Shown here piece after piece: positions 13,268 through 25,857 of a DNA stretch of 64,000 nt. This DNA is from Lama guanicoe (Eukaryota). Position 1 is the stretch's first letter; each line of letters starts with the position of its first letter. The translations under genes were made by a program, and so were the position numbers. The stretch covers positions 11,491,815 through 11,555,814 of the forward strand of contig MU054323.1 of NCBI GenBank assembly GCA_013239625.1, in the 5' to 3' direction. A model generated the notes under the pieces. The model did not search any database and was not told the origin of the DNA. It saw only the letters and a list, made by a program, of their open reading frames with translations.

Positions 13268-13592
13268 GAAGCAATGCTGGGAAGTCTTCCGTGAGTTCAT
13301 GGGGGAGGCGGGTGAGGGAGACGAGCAGCATCTTACTGTCCTTCCTCCTTTACAGAGAGAGGCACTGTTAGCTGGAGTAGGGACCCCGAGTACGTCCCGC
13401 ACACATCATTTTAAACCCCAGCTCAGCCACGTATATTAGCTTCATATCCTTCTCAGGCTACTTCCAGCTTTCAGTGTCTTCCTAACACTAAAACACGACT
13501 TCTAATATCTATCTCAAAGAATGATGCTTGAGATTATATGAGATTCATGAAGGAAATGCATAGCCCAGTGCCTGGCGCAGAGTAGGGGTGCC

Positions 13593-14166
13593 TGTCATCA
13601 GTTGGTTGCCTCTCAACTCCAAACTCACTCTTCTTTGCCCTGCTTTGTAATATTATAGATGGGCCCTGTCAACCTTTCTCCTTTGCCGGCTGGTGCAATG
13701 TTAGGTTTGGTTGGTAGAGGGTCCTAGAGAGATACCACAAGGCACGGAGAGGAACAGCACCCCTTCCTGGCTCCAGTGTGCCTTTTTCTTCCTACTGCGT
13801 GACTGACAGCAGCATCGGGGTTCTCTCACCTCGTGGCGCTCCTCCAGGGATCTTTTTCTGGATCAGAGCAGGGGGACCTCCAGTGCTCCAGCTCCAGCTG
13901 GCTGGTGCCGCAATGAACTTCACCATCCAGTGGGCTGTAGCCACACCCTCTCCAAAGTGGTCTGAATCTCATCCAAGTTCTCCGTTCCATCTTGGGGTAA
14001 CCTCCCTCATCCTTAGCGGTGGCAGCCACTTCCTGCATTTCCTATTCCCGTATTCCTTAGCGTCCTCTGTTTCCCCCTTTAGTAGTGAACTACCTTTCAC
14101 TAGTTAATAATTCATATTCAATTTTCCCTATTCAAATAGCTAGTTTGATTTTTGTCTCCTAATACA
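13593..14166 (+). mobile_element. ERVL solo LTR (LTR41-like)
   Basis: TG...CA ends; ttgcctctcaactccaaactcac, tttctcctttgccggctgg motifs as recalled for LTR41. Confidence 0.6.
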
Positions 14167-15463
14167 CAGTAGGTGTTTTTAAATGATAGTTCACCTGCTC
14201 TCCAGCTCCAACAAAGTATTTTTACACCTACTATTTAATAGCAAGGGGGAAATCATGCGCCATCAGAAGCTGTGGCGACTCTAGAAATCACATCCCCAAT
14301 CTGAATCAGTGACTTCCTTCTTCAAGGGATTCCAGAGAGTTATCCTTGTATATGTCTTAGGGAAGCCATAGGGAGTGATGGTGACATGAACAGAGCCATA
14401 CTGGAAAGCACCATGGTCCTCTGTGGAAGTCATGCAGAACCCAAAGATTACACTTTGAGAAAGACTAACAAATAACCAAAAATGAGGTATAAGGGACGTG
14501 ATTCAAGAGGCAGGAACCCAGTTCTTCTAGGACAGGAAATGATGTCGGACTCCAGAAAGACCGGAAAGCTCAGCTCCTGCGTCCTCAGCTGGGCCAAAAC
14601 ACCGTGAGTGCCCTGAGGGGGGGTCAGAAGTTTCAGGGCACAACCCTCTTTCCACTCCTTGTGGCTCATGGGGTATCAGTAAAGGGAGGAAAGTTGTTAA
14701 AAAGAACCTACCACATTGTTCCTTAGGGATATATAAACCCTAAGGATCCCACTGACAGGGCAAGATTCTGGTACCCCAAATCGGCAAGCACAGGTGAAGC
14801 CCACCCACCCCTAACAGAAAGCTGGCTCAACGAGGCTCCCTTCTGGCTGGCTGTGTTACTCTGTCCCACCTCAGCGCTGGCACCGGCAGCCGGCAGCCAG
14901 CAGCCGGCAGGGAGGTGGGCCTCGGCGTGGACCATCAGTGGCCTGGCTGTATGGTTCTATTGAAGGCTGAGTGGAAGTGGGTGTGTGGCAGGACTGTACA
15001 TGACCACGTGGGTGGGGGTCAGGCTCTCAGTGGTGAATGTCTTCCAAGTAGGGATATCCTGTCCACTGCATGGACCTAGCATCCCTGACTACATGCCATA
15101 AGTCACAGTAGTCTCAGAGAATAAGGCAGTTAGCAGGGAAGGACTTAAGGGCCAAACCCCCATTTGAAGAAATGGAGTAGGATCAGAAAGCGAGAGTGGA
15201 AGGTTGAGATGACAACAGTTACTCGAACTGAGAATTAATGCTGCCCTTCTAGCCTTGGGGAGGATGGGGCTTTGGCAAGGGCTGAGAAGCAGGGCTGGGC
15301 TGTGATTAGCTGAGGTGGCCACGGGGTGGCACTGTCTCACCACCATCGGTGGCTGCACTGTGGCCTGATTCCACCTTTCCAGGGCAATGTCAAAGCTAAT
15401 GATCAACCCCAGATGTGTGAAGGGGCATTGTTTTTTCATTCCATGCATACAGTATAATTTCTA

Positions 15464-15635
15464 TTTTTTAAAATTGAAATATAGTTGACATGCAATATTA
15501 CACTATTTGCAGGTGTACTGGAAAATGATTTGACATTTGCATATAGTATGAAATGATCACACAGTAAGTCTAGTAACCATGTGTTCCCATACAAAGTTAT
15601 TACAATATTATTGACTGTATTCCTAATGCTGTAAC
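15464..15635 (-). mobile_element. L1 3' end fragment (L1MA9-like)
   Basis: ttgaaatatagttgacatgcaatatt...aaatgatcacacagtaagtctagtaacc, antisense L1 tail. Confidence 0.7.
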
Positions 15636-16366
15636 GTACAGTGAAGAGGCTTCTGAACTTCCATCACTGAAAACATCATAAAAGGAGCAGCAGCTCCCAG
15701 GCTGAGGGAGAGGAGCACTCTTTAATTTCCCAGAGAGTAGGTCTCAGTAAGAGCTGGTGCTGCTGCATGGCTAGGGGATCTTTTTTTCCTGCCTAATTGC
15801 TGCCTCTTAATGATGATTTGGCTTATAAGCCTCAGGACCTGCCTCCCCAAGTGTGTGCTGTGGAAGGGACCTTAGAGATCTCCAAGTTCTGCCCCTTCAT
15901 TTCAGAGAAGAAGGTATCCTGGAAAGAGAAGGCCATTCCTCAAAGCACACAGAGCCGTATGGAGGCAGAACTGGGATTTGAACCTGAGACTCCAGAGTCC
16001 TTGCCTGGTGCCCTGTCCACTCCCCACACTCCCCGTCTTTACACTACGCATGCTCATTCACTCATTCCCTTCACACTATTGAACACTTACTCTATGCTAT
16101 TTTCTTTCCTTTGTGCCTGAACAGAATTGGAAACTCTTAAAGACGTAAGATGACAGTGACACTATGAGGGTGACACAGCTGGGGGTCAGTTTCCTTCCCC
16201 TGGCTCAAGAGTATTTACCAATATCATCTATTATTTATGCAAAAAAAGGGGCAGGAATGAGATGAGAATTCAGATGAAGACAGAGTCAGACAGATGATAG
16301 GGCGATTCCGCTGAAAAGGCAGCTTGGACAAATTGGAAGGTGGATGCTTCGAAGCTGCAACAACTG

Positions 16367-16385
16367 TGACCATCAGGGGGCAGTG
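16367..16385 (+). promoter_or_regulatory. Candidate CTCF site
   Basis: TGACCATCAGGGGGCAGTG with upstream CTGCAA (resembles the upstream motif); occupancy unknown. Confidence 0.55.
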
Positions 16386-17249
16386 TTTCACCACATCCTG
16401 CTTGGTCAGAGAGACTTTTCTGAGCACTGAAAAAAGTCAATCTTTTAAGGGAACAGAAGAGTGTTTAAAAGGAGTCTAAGTGCGGAAAAAAGAAGATATA
16501 TCAGTCTGAACTTGAAACTGATCTCTGGAAGGCAGTCATTTTTTCGTTTTGCCTATCTCTTCTGACTCCGGCAGCTATGGAGCTGACAACAGCTGTAAAG
16601 TTGGAGAATTATGTCTCTGTATCCAGCCCCTTTCACATGGCCCTTCTCCCGTGGTCCAGACTTGTGCATAACCTTAGAAGTCCTCTGGGGACTTCTGGCG
16701 GTCTCAGAGAGGATGGTCTAGAGGGATGCCCCAGCCAGTACAGCCTCCAGCCTGTCCATCCTCCTCTCTACTGTCCTCCATCAGGCTGAAAAGTCGGCCA
16801 GACTGCCCATTCCGCATCTATCTGCTCAGATTCAGACATCACCTGCTCTGCTGTAGCCCAGTGTCGCTGGTGTACTCATTATGGACCACTCCGCTGGGAT
16901 GTTAAGCACTTTTGGCTTGGCTGAGGGATGGTTAATCAACAACCTTGTCAGAGTGATGGATTCTTCTAGGATTATTGCTTAATTAGCTTGTTTAGAGGTA
17001 AAAATCAACCAGGACATCAGTTCTTGGGGAGCTGGAAGGAAGGGGAGCAGTGAGCTGGCAGTAAGAGGACGGGACCTTAGACATCCCAGGTAGCAACTTG
17101 TGGCTGTAAGTGGGATGGTGGGAGGCCTCTGACCAGAGCAGATCTTCAGCTTGAACGCATTAGCCATTTCATAGCCACCCCAACTGCTGTTGTTCAGAGC
17201 ATTTCCACCATTCAGTGGAGCTGCAAAGGCAATGATTCCTGAAATGTCA

Positions 17250-17400
17250 CCCAAGGACCACAGGCATCACTTGGGAGCTTTAAAAAAAAAAAAAGCAGAT
17301 TCCCAGGTCTAGCATCAGACTTTCTGGATCAGAATCTCTGAGGTTTTTAAAAAAAGTTATCCCAGGTTTTTAATGCACAATAAAGTTTGAGAGCCACAGC
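17250..17400. mobile_element. MER5-like hAT DNA transposon remnant
   Basis: gcatcacttgggagctt...gcagattcccagg...atcagaatctctg...aaagtttgagagccac. Confidence 0.65.
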
Positions 17401-17683
17401 CCTGATCAGCGTTGGGCAAGTCAACATTTCCCCTGGCAACAGACCCAAATGAGTGGGCTCAATGGCCACCCCTCCCCCCAACACCCACAGACCCAAGTCT
17501 CCCTCCTTCCGTTTTAGTCTCCTGACTTCTCTCACATCCTTGGTCTCTCCCGTCTTATTTTGTCAAGATTGCTCCCTGCCATGTCTCATTTGTCTGCCCG
17601 CTGTCTGTCTGAACCATCCTTCCCCCCGCCAGCTCTCCATTTTCATCTTCTGTCTTTCCCTCTCCCCTTTTTTCTCTTTCCTC

Positions 17684-18170
17684 TGTGCTGACTATTGTGT
17701 GGGCACCCAACACTCTATATACCCCCTTCTATATTCTGTCCCATCTGGCAGGGGCTGGGAGCTTAAGAACTACCTTCCCAGTAGAGTTCCAGATACACTT
17801 CAAGTCCCACCAGTGAGAAGCACTTAAGGTTTGGAAGGCAGCAAAGAGACAGAAGCCTTGTCATTCTGTCCCTGGCTGGATGGGCAGACGTGTGGGCAGG
17901 TGGGAGGTTCTGTCCTGTAATTCACCCACTTAGGGCCGCAGGCAGCTGTGATGGTTCTGGCCGTTCCCTAGAGTGTCTGGCGAGGGCAGTGGCGGCAGCT
18001 TCTAGGTTCTCTGCAAGCTGGTGGTGAACCTGAGACTGGGGGTGATCTTCTCAGGTCTGTGCTCCTCCAGCCAACCTAACAGCTTTGAGAGCACCTCATC
18101 CCCTGTGTTAAATCCCTCCTTGAAATACCTCAAGCGGGTCCTGTTCTCCTGCCTGACACTGCATGATACC
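17684..18170 (+). mobile_element. ERVL solo LTR (LTR33-like)
   Basis: 5' tgtgctgactatt; 3' aaatccctccttgaaatacct...ctgttctcctgcctgac...tgata. Confidence 0.5.
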
Positions 18171-18574
18171 CTCTCCATTCTTCCTCCCACTTAACCTTTC
18201 CTTCTATTCTACGCTCCCTCCCCCATCCCTATTTCCCAACCCCTTCTCCTAATTGGCTATTGTATGAAACTGAAAGTTTTAAATGTTTAGTTTTGGATAA
18301 GTTACAGTATTTCTGATTTAAAATGTAGGTGAACTGAACATTGTTTTAGGTTGGAAAACCTCTCGTTGAACTGAGCTGCCTGTATCTGAGGCCCCGGTGG
18401 ATTCTGTTCTGGGTCAGGGCCCTCAATGGAGCACAGGGGATGGGGAGAGGAAGGGGCGAGGGAGACCACAGGCATAAGAGAGCACAAGTGGGCAGGTGTG
18501 TTGGACTTTGTACCCAGACGTTTAGCTGAAAGTCATCTCTGAGTCCTGCCGAAGTGACTCATTCATTCTTTTGA

Positions 18575-18688
18575 GCTTTTCTTTTCTTTCTCCCTCCCTC
18601 CCTCCCTCCCTTCCTTCCTTCCTTTCTCTTTCTTTCTTTCTTCCTTTCTTTCCTTCCTTTCTTCCTTTCTTTCCTTCCTTTCTTTCTT
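18575..18688 (+). repeat. Compound pyrimidine microsatellite (TCCC/TTCC/TTTC)n
   Basis: About 110 nt of C/T only, seen directly. Confidence 0.95.
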
Positions 18689-19394
18689 AAGCCGAGTCTA
18701 TGTTGACCTGTCAGGACCAGTGTTGTACGTGCAGAAGACTGTACGTAAGAGGGCAGTCTGACAGCCCAGGACTTGGGTCTGCTGACATTATCTCTGTTGA
18801 CCTCCAAAGTCCACGCTGATAACCATGGCCTTCTACCCCAGTTAACCAAGCAAAATGACTTGGCCCAGGCTTTACTGTGTGTCTGACCCTGCTCTGCTAC
18901 TGAAATGATCTCAGACACTGCAGCAGTCCCCGTGGGATGCAGGTTAGCTCACTGAGTGTGTGTTTATTGTACTGGGATGCGTCCACCTTCAAATGCTAAC
19001 CTAGGTCCTGAGCATGGGTGTTCACATGATGGCACATCCCTGCCCATGCCATCCACCTTCTGATGGCTTCTGCTCAGAAAGGTCACATTCTGGAAGGTTC
19101 CTACCTTTCTGTCCTCTTGACACACACATTCACAAGGATTTCCTCATCGGAGAGCTGCTTCCATGGATGCGTTCTCAAGTGCCAGTTCTCCTGAGTGGGG
19201 TCTGGCCTGGCCACTCTTTGGAATCTCTTCTGAACTCTAGTGGGCCATGACCTTGTGGAGCTAGCTGATGACCACTTTATGGATAAGGAAGGAAGGAGTG
19301 GGGAAGTGCCTACCTTGCTGGCTGGATTTCCCCTTCCCCACATGTAGTTTTCATCCAGAACTAAAATCCTATTTGTCCTAAAGGAGTTGAAGAC

Positions 19395-19840
19395 CTTTAG
19401 GGAAACTATGTTTTATTTTGCCATTTGGCTGCGAAACAATCAGGATTCAGACACTGGGGAGTATGAATAGTTCTGCAAACACCCAGCGGACTGCCCCCAT
19501 ATCACATGGCATGCTGTGGGTGGACTGACTGGTTCCTTCTGGATTTTCCAAGAAATGGATTGAATTGGTGGAGGGGACTGAGAGGCAGCTTTCCCACAAG
19601 GGAATAGCTCTTGTTTCATTCTCCAGGGATCCAAGGCAGGTGTCTCCAAGTGTTCAGATCACCTGATCTGTGACCGCAGGCTAATGAGAGCCTGACCCAG
19701 CTGAGGATCCAGCCCAGGCTCCTTGAAGGCAGCTTTGACTACGTTCCAGGCAGAGCAGGCTTCCAAGTATCACAACCACAGGGGCAGCACAGCCCGACGA
19801 GATGAGAGCCAGATTCTTGAGTGATCACTGGGAGTCTGTC
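19395..19840 (-). other. CAPN13: CAPN13 terminal non-coding (3'UTR) exon
   Basis: Strong acceptor gtgtctttctctag|GACAGACTCCCAGTGATCACTCAAGAATCTGG; ends near AATAAA at 19412-19417; both ends resemble the human CAPN13 3'UTR as recalled. Cleavage position is approximate. Confidence 0.8.
19412..19417 (-). terminator. Polyadenylation signal AATAAA of CAPN13
   Basis: Reads tttatt on the + strand, at the end of the terminal exon. A second AATAAA at 18963-18968 could be a distal site. Confidence 0.75.
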
Positions 19841-20459
19841 CTAGAGAAAGACACAGACACTCAAATGCAGAAGGCCCAGGGCAAGTAAAGAAGCTTTTCC
19901 TTCCTTTGAGTGACCACAGAGGCCAGGCCCCATTCCCACAGACGCTGGTCAGGACGACCAGACCACAGAAGGAGCACATGTGCCACCTGCCGGCAAGGCT
20001 GGACCAGCTCCATCACACCTGTGTCTTCAATGGATGGGAATGTCTCCACCTCATTCTTCAAAATACCCTGGAGGGACCCTACCCACCTACTCTGCCCTGT
20101 CTAAGTGCAAACCACAGTTCACTTAGCACCTGAGTGCCCGCCGCAAAGTAGAAGGAAAGCTGGAGAGCAGGTGTTCCTTCAACCCCCTCGGTGGGTTGGA
20201 AGGGCTGAGAACAGGGGCAGCCAGAATAACCATAACTCTGTCCTCTGGTCCAGCTGAGCTGTGGGCCCCCTTGGAAGAGTGGTTTTTCTCAAGGGCACGT
20301 CTCCTAGATTAAAGTGATATTCTTGCGTAGATATTTTTTTCCACAACTCGAATCAACCAACTGTCCTGCCCACGTGGTAAAGAAGTGGTCTTGATTCTTC
20401 TTCTGTCTCCCTCCTCGTCTCTTGTATATTAAACTCCCATCTCTCAGATTATTTGCTAG

Positions 20460-21200
20460 TTTGCTTATTTATTTTTCATGAAAGTCCAGCCCAAGGTATA
20501 TAATTAAGAAATTCAAACAGTATTATGAGGCATGAGGAAAAAACAGCAGTCCCCTGCCCCATTCTTATCCAAACTTCCTCTCTCCAAATTCTTCCTTCTG
20601 TGCTTTCTTCCTTACATCTAAATAGTATGTTCATTTGGTTACCCCTTGACTTGCCAATTTTAAATGCTTACTGACGTCTTATGATGGAAGACGGGGCTGG
20701 GATGTTCCTAACCCACTTCCACTGTATCTTCTCTCCCTCCATTTTCTAACGTATTTATGTCTCATGTTTTGTTAAATCAGTATTCAATCTTTGTTTTATG
20801 ACAATTATGTATGTACAGTTCACTGCTGAGTGAAGAGATACTCTGGGTTCACATTTCCTCTCTTCTAGAATTCTTTGTTTTTCCAGAAGTTAATTTGAAA
20901 AACCTGCTTAGTTTATGTCACTATCCTAATAATTCTTCCAAAATCCTCCAGCAGAATTTCAAAATCCTCCTGAACACTATTTTCCCCATGATGAAGGGAG
21001 TAGATAAACCTACTGGTCCCTTACTCCCCCAAGGTCACTCATCCTGCCCCCTGCTGGGCTTCTTGTTCAGATGTACAGCCTTGGCCTTTGACTTCCTAGC
21101 TAGTGAAGGATCAAGTGCTGGACCTCCTGTTTCTTGAATTCCAACTCTTCCTCCTTCTTGGTTTATGCCCTTGGTGTGTCCCTGTTATTGTCCTAGTTGG
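20460..21200 (-). mobile_element. HAL1 / ancient L1-related fragment
   Basis: gttaaatcagtattcaat...gttcactgctgag...ttttccagaagttaat resembles HAL1 as recalled; highly diverged. Confidence 0.5.
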
Positions 21201-21949
21201 ATGCATTTCTCTTTAAAAGCGAGTTCTGGAAAGCTGGACACCCTGGGTTTAAAGGGTGCCCGGGAATCACCAGGTGTGTGCTTGCCCAAAGAGGTGGGGA
21301 GTTTTCACAGCCAGACAAATATCCAGGCAAATCCAGACTTCTCAGCTGTCAAAAAGAATTTCTTTGGTCTGAAGGATGGAGAGATGGATTTATTAGGAGA
21401 GAAGGAGACCCTCTCTTGTGAAAACTGCCGTTGGTAAATCAGGACCAGGGCCACTGCTGTTTATATTTCACCTGGATGCAGAGTAGGAGGAGGGGGCCCA
21501 TTCCTCAAGACGCTTTATTTCTGTGTGGTGGGAAACTGTTATCAATGCTGACTTTGTTAGAACAAGGCACTTTACTGCCATATAGACAGTTCATCAGCGT
21601 GAATGCAGATGACATTAGCTAGATAAACTCTCAGCAGACTTGCCGTGTACTGAACTTTCAGACTCTAAATCAGGTGCACTCAACATAGCCTCAAATGCCC
21701 AAGGACCGTATACCAAAGCACTGGGTATTAGCATTCTTTAAAGTAAGAGCTTGACTGTCTTATAACAATTTTAACATAAAACACGCCCCTTGTATGACCA
21801 TGGAGGCACATGCTCTGTTCAAAAGAAACAGATATGCTGGGGGTGGGGGAAGAGGATGTGTCTGGTTGCACATTTTGGTATCCCAATTTACTAAGTTAGA
21901 GGAGAGCAGATGGGTTGAAAGATGAGAGAGAGAGAGGAACGGAAGTGTT

Positions 21950-22440
21950 CTCCCAATGGGAGTGCACCCCAGCTTGCCTGGCGGATCCAAGGGCAGGTAG
22001 AAGCTTCTTGTACACAGTCTACAGGGAGCGGTCCAGCATGAAAGGAGACTGGCGAGGGGCTTCAGTGACCCCCCAGTCTCTGGAAGAAGTCTACTTAGGT
22101 CATCTGACAAGGCCTTCCGTTGTTTCAGTGACCACTTCCTTGCATAGAGGACCAAACGAGCAAGGAGAGGGACTGCCCTTTGGACTGAATGCTGGCCAAC
22201 AGGGAACCTGGGAGGGATGGAAATCTTACAAGGAAATCACTTTGACTTTGTAGTATCGAAGTCAGGGGATATTGGGCAGGGTTGAAATATGCCCAGGACT
22301 CAGGAAAGCCAATTTCAAAAGGATGAGAGGATTAACAGGTCAGACGGTAGCCTTTATAAAAGGATACAGACCATGACGTATCAGAGATATTGTAACAAGA
22401 TAATGTTAACAACCTGCTGCCCACCAATCCCAATGTGATA
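21950..22440 (+). mobile_element. L3/CR1 LINE fragment (endonuclease region)
   Basis: Degenerate translation SDKAFRCFSDHFL..ARRGTA..D.MLANRE and aggaaagccaatttcaaaa resemble CR1 ORF2 (DNF.SQ..TRGTAILDLILTN...DFRKADF). Confidence 0.55.
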
Positions 22441-22696
22441 GAAGGTAGAAATAGCTAAAACAGCACGAAGACGTGGGTTTAAGACAATATTTACGAAAGT
22501 TGGGATGAGAACAAGACAAAGGAAGACACAAACCGGAAAGGACAATTTCTTTCAGTCATTTGGGAAATCATTACTGAGTGGTTTCTCTACACGCTAAGGA
22601 GATAGCAACAAATAAGACATACCTAGGCTGACAGTGCACAAGGGAATACAGACATCAAGCAAGTAACTGAAAGCGTGTTGACTCAGCAAACTACCA

Positions 22697-25600
22697 GTGG
22701 AGGGGAACTTTCTCAACCTGACAAATGGTATCTACAAAAACCCCACAGCTGACTTTATACTTATTGGTGAAATATGAGTATTTTCTCCCAAGATCAAGAA
22801 CACAAGACTGTCTGCTTTCTCAGCCTCTACCCAGCATTGTATTAGAAGTTCCAGCCAGGACAATTAGGCAAGAAAAACAAACAAAAGGCATCCAGATTGG
22901 AATGAAGGAAACAAAACTATCTTCATTTGTAGATGACGTGATTATGTGTATGTATATATGCATGTGTGTGTGTGTGTGTGTGTGTATAAATAAGAAATCA
23001 TCTAAAAAGCTATTAGAATCAAGAAAGGAGTTCAGCAAGGTGGCAGAATATAAGCTCAAGATATAACAGTCAATTTTACTTCTATACATGAGCAATGAAC
23101 AATCAGAAAATAAAACTGTGTATAATAGCCTCAAATAGAATAAAATGTGTAAGAATAAATTTAACAAAGGAAGTGCAGGACTTCTACACTGAAAAACCAC
23201 AAAACAATGTTGAAAGAAATTAAAGATCTAAAAATAACGGAGGGACATCTCATGTTCATGGATCAGAAAACATTCTATTGTGACATTGGCAATATTCCCT
23301 AAACTGATCTATAGGTTTATGTGATTGCCATCAAAATCCCAGCTGCCTTTATTTTCTGCAGAATTTGTTAAGATGATCCTAAAATTCATATGTAAATGCA
23401 AAGAACTCAGAATCACCAAAACACTCTTGAAAAAGAAAACCAAGTTGGAAGACCCACACTTCCTGATTTCAAAACTTCCTACAAAACTACAGTATTTAAC
23501 ACAGTGCAGTACTGGCATAAGGACAGACATACAGATCCATGGAACAGAATTTAAAGTTCAGGCATAAATCCTTACATTATGATAAACTGATTTTTGGAAA
23601 GGATGCCAAGACAATAAAATGAGGCATATAACAGTCTCTTCAATAAACAGTGCCGGGACAATGGGATACACACAGGCAAAAGAATGAAGTTGGACCTCCT
23701 ACAACACACCATACACAAAAACTACCTCAAAATGGACCAAACACATCAATGTGAGAGCTAAACTATAAAACTCTTCAGAGAAAAACTTTGGAGTAAATAT
23801 TCATGATCTTGGGTTAGGCAATGATTAGATACCACACCAAAAGTGTAAGTGACAAAAGAAAAAAGAGGTAAGTTGAACTTCATCAAAATTAAAAACTCAT
23901 ATTCTGAAAATGGTATCATCAAGAAACTTAAAAGACAACATGCAAAATGAGAGAAAATGTTTGTAAATGGTGTAATCGACAAGGGATTAATATCCAAACT
24001 ATACAAACAGTTCACATAACTCAATATAAAAAACAACAGTCCAATTGAAAAAAAAAGGATAGAAGATTTGAATGGACATCTTTCCAAACAAGACATACAG
24101 ATGGCTAATAGGCACACGAAAAGATGCTCAACATTGTTAATTATTAGAGAAATGCAAATCAAAGCCACAATGAGGTATCACCTCACACCTATCAGAATGG
24201 CTGTCATTAAAAACTCCACAAATAACAAATGTTATTTTGAGGATGTGGGAATTCTTATACTCTGTTGGTGGGAATGTAAATTGGTGCAGCCACCATGGAA
24301 AATTGTACGGAACTTCCTTGAAAAATTAATACTAGGCTCTGTGTGTCTGCACTGTATAAGAAACTGAACCAACACGTAGGACCGCAGGACACGCCCAACC
24401 ACTTGAATGGGCACAGCATGCTACCTTTCACTGGTGTCAAGGAAGACTGAGCTGTGCATCTTGGCCTCAGAGGAGGGCCTTCAGTGACCAGCTGCCTGCA
24501 CAGCGCTCACTGGCTGCTCAGCTGGTGATGTCTTTCTGGCTTGCAGCCTCGCTGAGTCCACCCAAAGTATTCCATGTTTACGATGACCTCATCGACAGCC
24601 CACAACAGGTGATAACTACTCTGAATCATTCAAGACTCAGCTCCCAGACAGTCTCCTAGAGAGACATCACATCTTATAGGCCAAGGCAGTTGTACCATCA
24701 TCTTTGTGTGAACCTCTGTGTTAGCCTTCACTAGACTATTGTAACTGATTCATTACATTTACATTTCTGTCTCTTTTACTCCATAGCAAGACCCTGTAAT
24801 GTAAGGACTGAGTTTGACTTCCCTAAAGACCTATATATCCATCTGTCCATGGGAGATCTCCATACGGGTGTCCCACAAGCACATCACCACGTCCAAAGCT
24901 GAACCCATATGAAGCACCCTCTCTTCATGTCCATATAACACCCAAGCCTCTGTCACTGCTTCTTGTATATTAGAGTATAGTTTCCTGTTTATAGGACTCT
25001 CTCTCCCACTAGGTAGTGAGCAACAGACGTCAGAAATCATGTGAATTCTATTTATCTTTGTGCCCCTGGAGCCTAGCACAGAGCCTCCCATATAGGAGCT
25101 ATTCAATAAACAGTCACTGAACTGAAAAAAAAATTAATAATAGAACTACTGTTATGATCCAACAATTCTACTTCTGGGTATTTATTCAAAGAAAACAAAA
25201 ACATTAACTCAAAAAGATATAGGCACCCTCATGTTCATTGTGGCATTATTTGTAATAGCCAAGGCATAGAACAACCTAAGTGTCCCTCAAAGGATGAATG
25301 GATAAAGAAATTGTGGTTATATGTATATACAATAGAATATTATTCAGCCATAAAAAAGGAGAAAGTCCTGTCATTAGTGACAACATGCATGAAGGGCATT
25401 ATGCAGTGCAGTAAGTCAGAGAGGGACAAATACTGTATGATTTCACTTATATGTGGAATCTAAAGAATAGCAACAACAAAAAACCCAAACCAAACTCATA
25501 GATACAGAGATCAGACTAGTGGTTGCCACAAGTTGGGGGTAAGAGGTTGGCCAAAATGTGTGAAGGTGATCAAAAGGTTCAAACTTCCAGTTATAAGTTT

Positions 25601-25857
25601 TGGGGATGTAATGTACAGCATGGTGAATATAGTTAGTGGTACTGTGTTGTATATTTGAAAGTTGCTAAAAGTAACCTGTAAAAGTTCTTATCATAAGAAG
25701 AAAAAATAACTACGTAAGGTGATAGATGTTAACCCCACTTACCACAGTAATCATTTCACAATATGTACCTATTTCAAGTCATTTTGTTGTATGCTTAAAA
25801 TGAATACAATGTTAAATGTCAATTACATCTCAATAAAAGTTAATTAATTTAAAAAAA
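22697..25857 (+). mobile_element. Degenerate L1 (3' ORF2 plus 3'UTR, L1MA9-like end), antisense in the last CAPN13 intron; interrupted at 24336-25128
   Basis: ORF pieces IVLEVPARTIRQEKQTKGIQIG..KLSSFVDDVI (RT) and [34 protein letters not shown] (C-terminus); L1 3'UTR ending ctcaataaaa; many stops and frameshifts. Confidence 0.92.
24336..25128 (+). mobile_element. TSD-flanked non-L1 insert (probable retrocopy or transduction) ending in an L2 3' end
   Basis: AAAAATTAATACTAG (24321-24335) and AAAAATTAATAATAG (25129-25143); AATAAA at 25105-25110 then an A-run; L1 sequence is contiguous when the insert is removed. Confidence 0.75.

Noticed and set aside
1..19390. A second gene, for example the 3' end of the neighbouring gene, in the left part of the window
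   Set aside because: No chain of exons or recognisable protein found; content is repeats and unique intergenic DNA. A lncRNA cannot be excluded from sequence alone.
22725..24367. ORFs resembling reverse transcriptase as a functional gene
   Set aside because: Fragmented L1 ORF2 with stops, frameshifts, a (TG)n insertion and no intact FADD motif.
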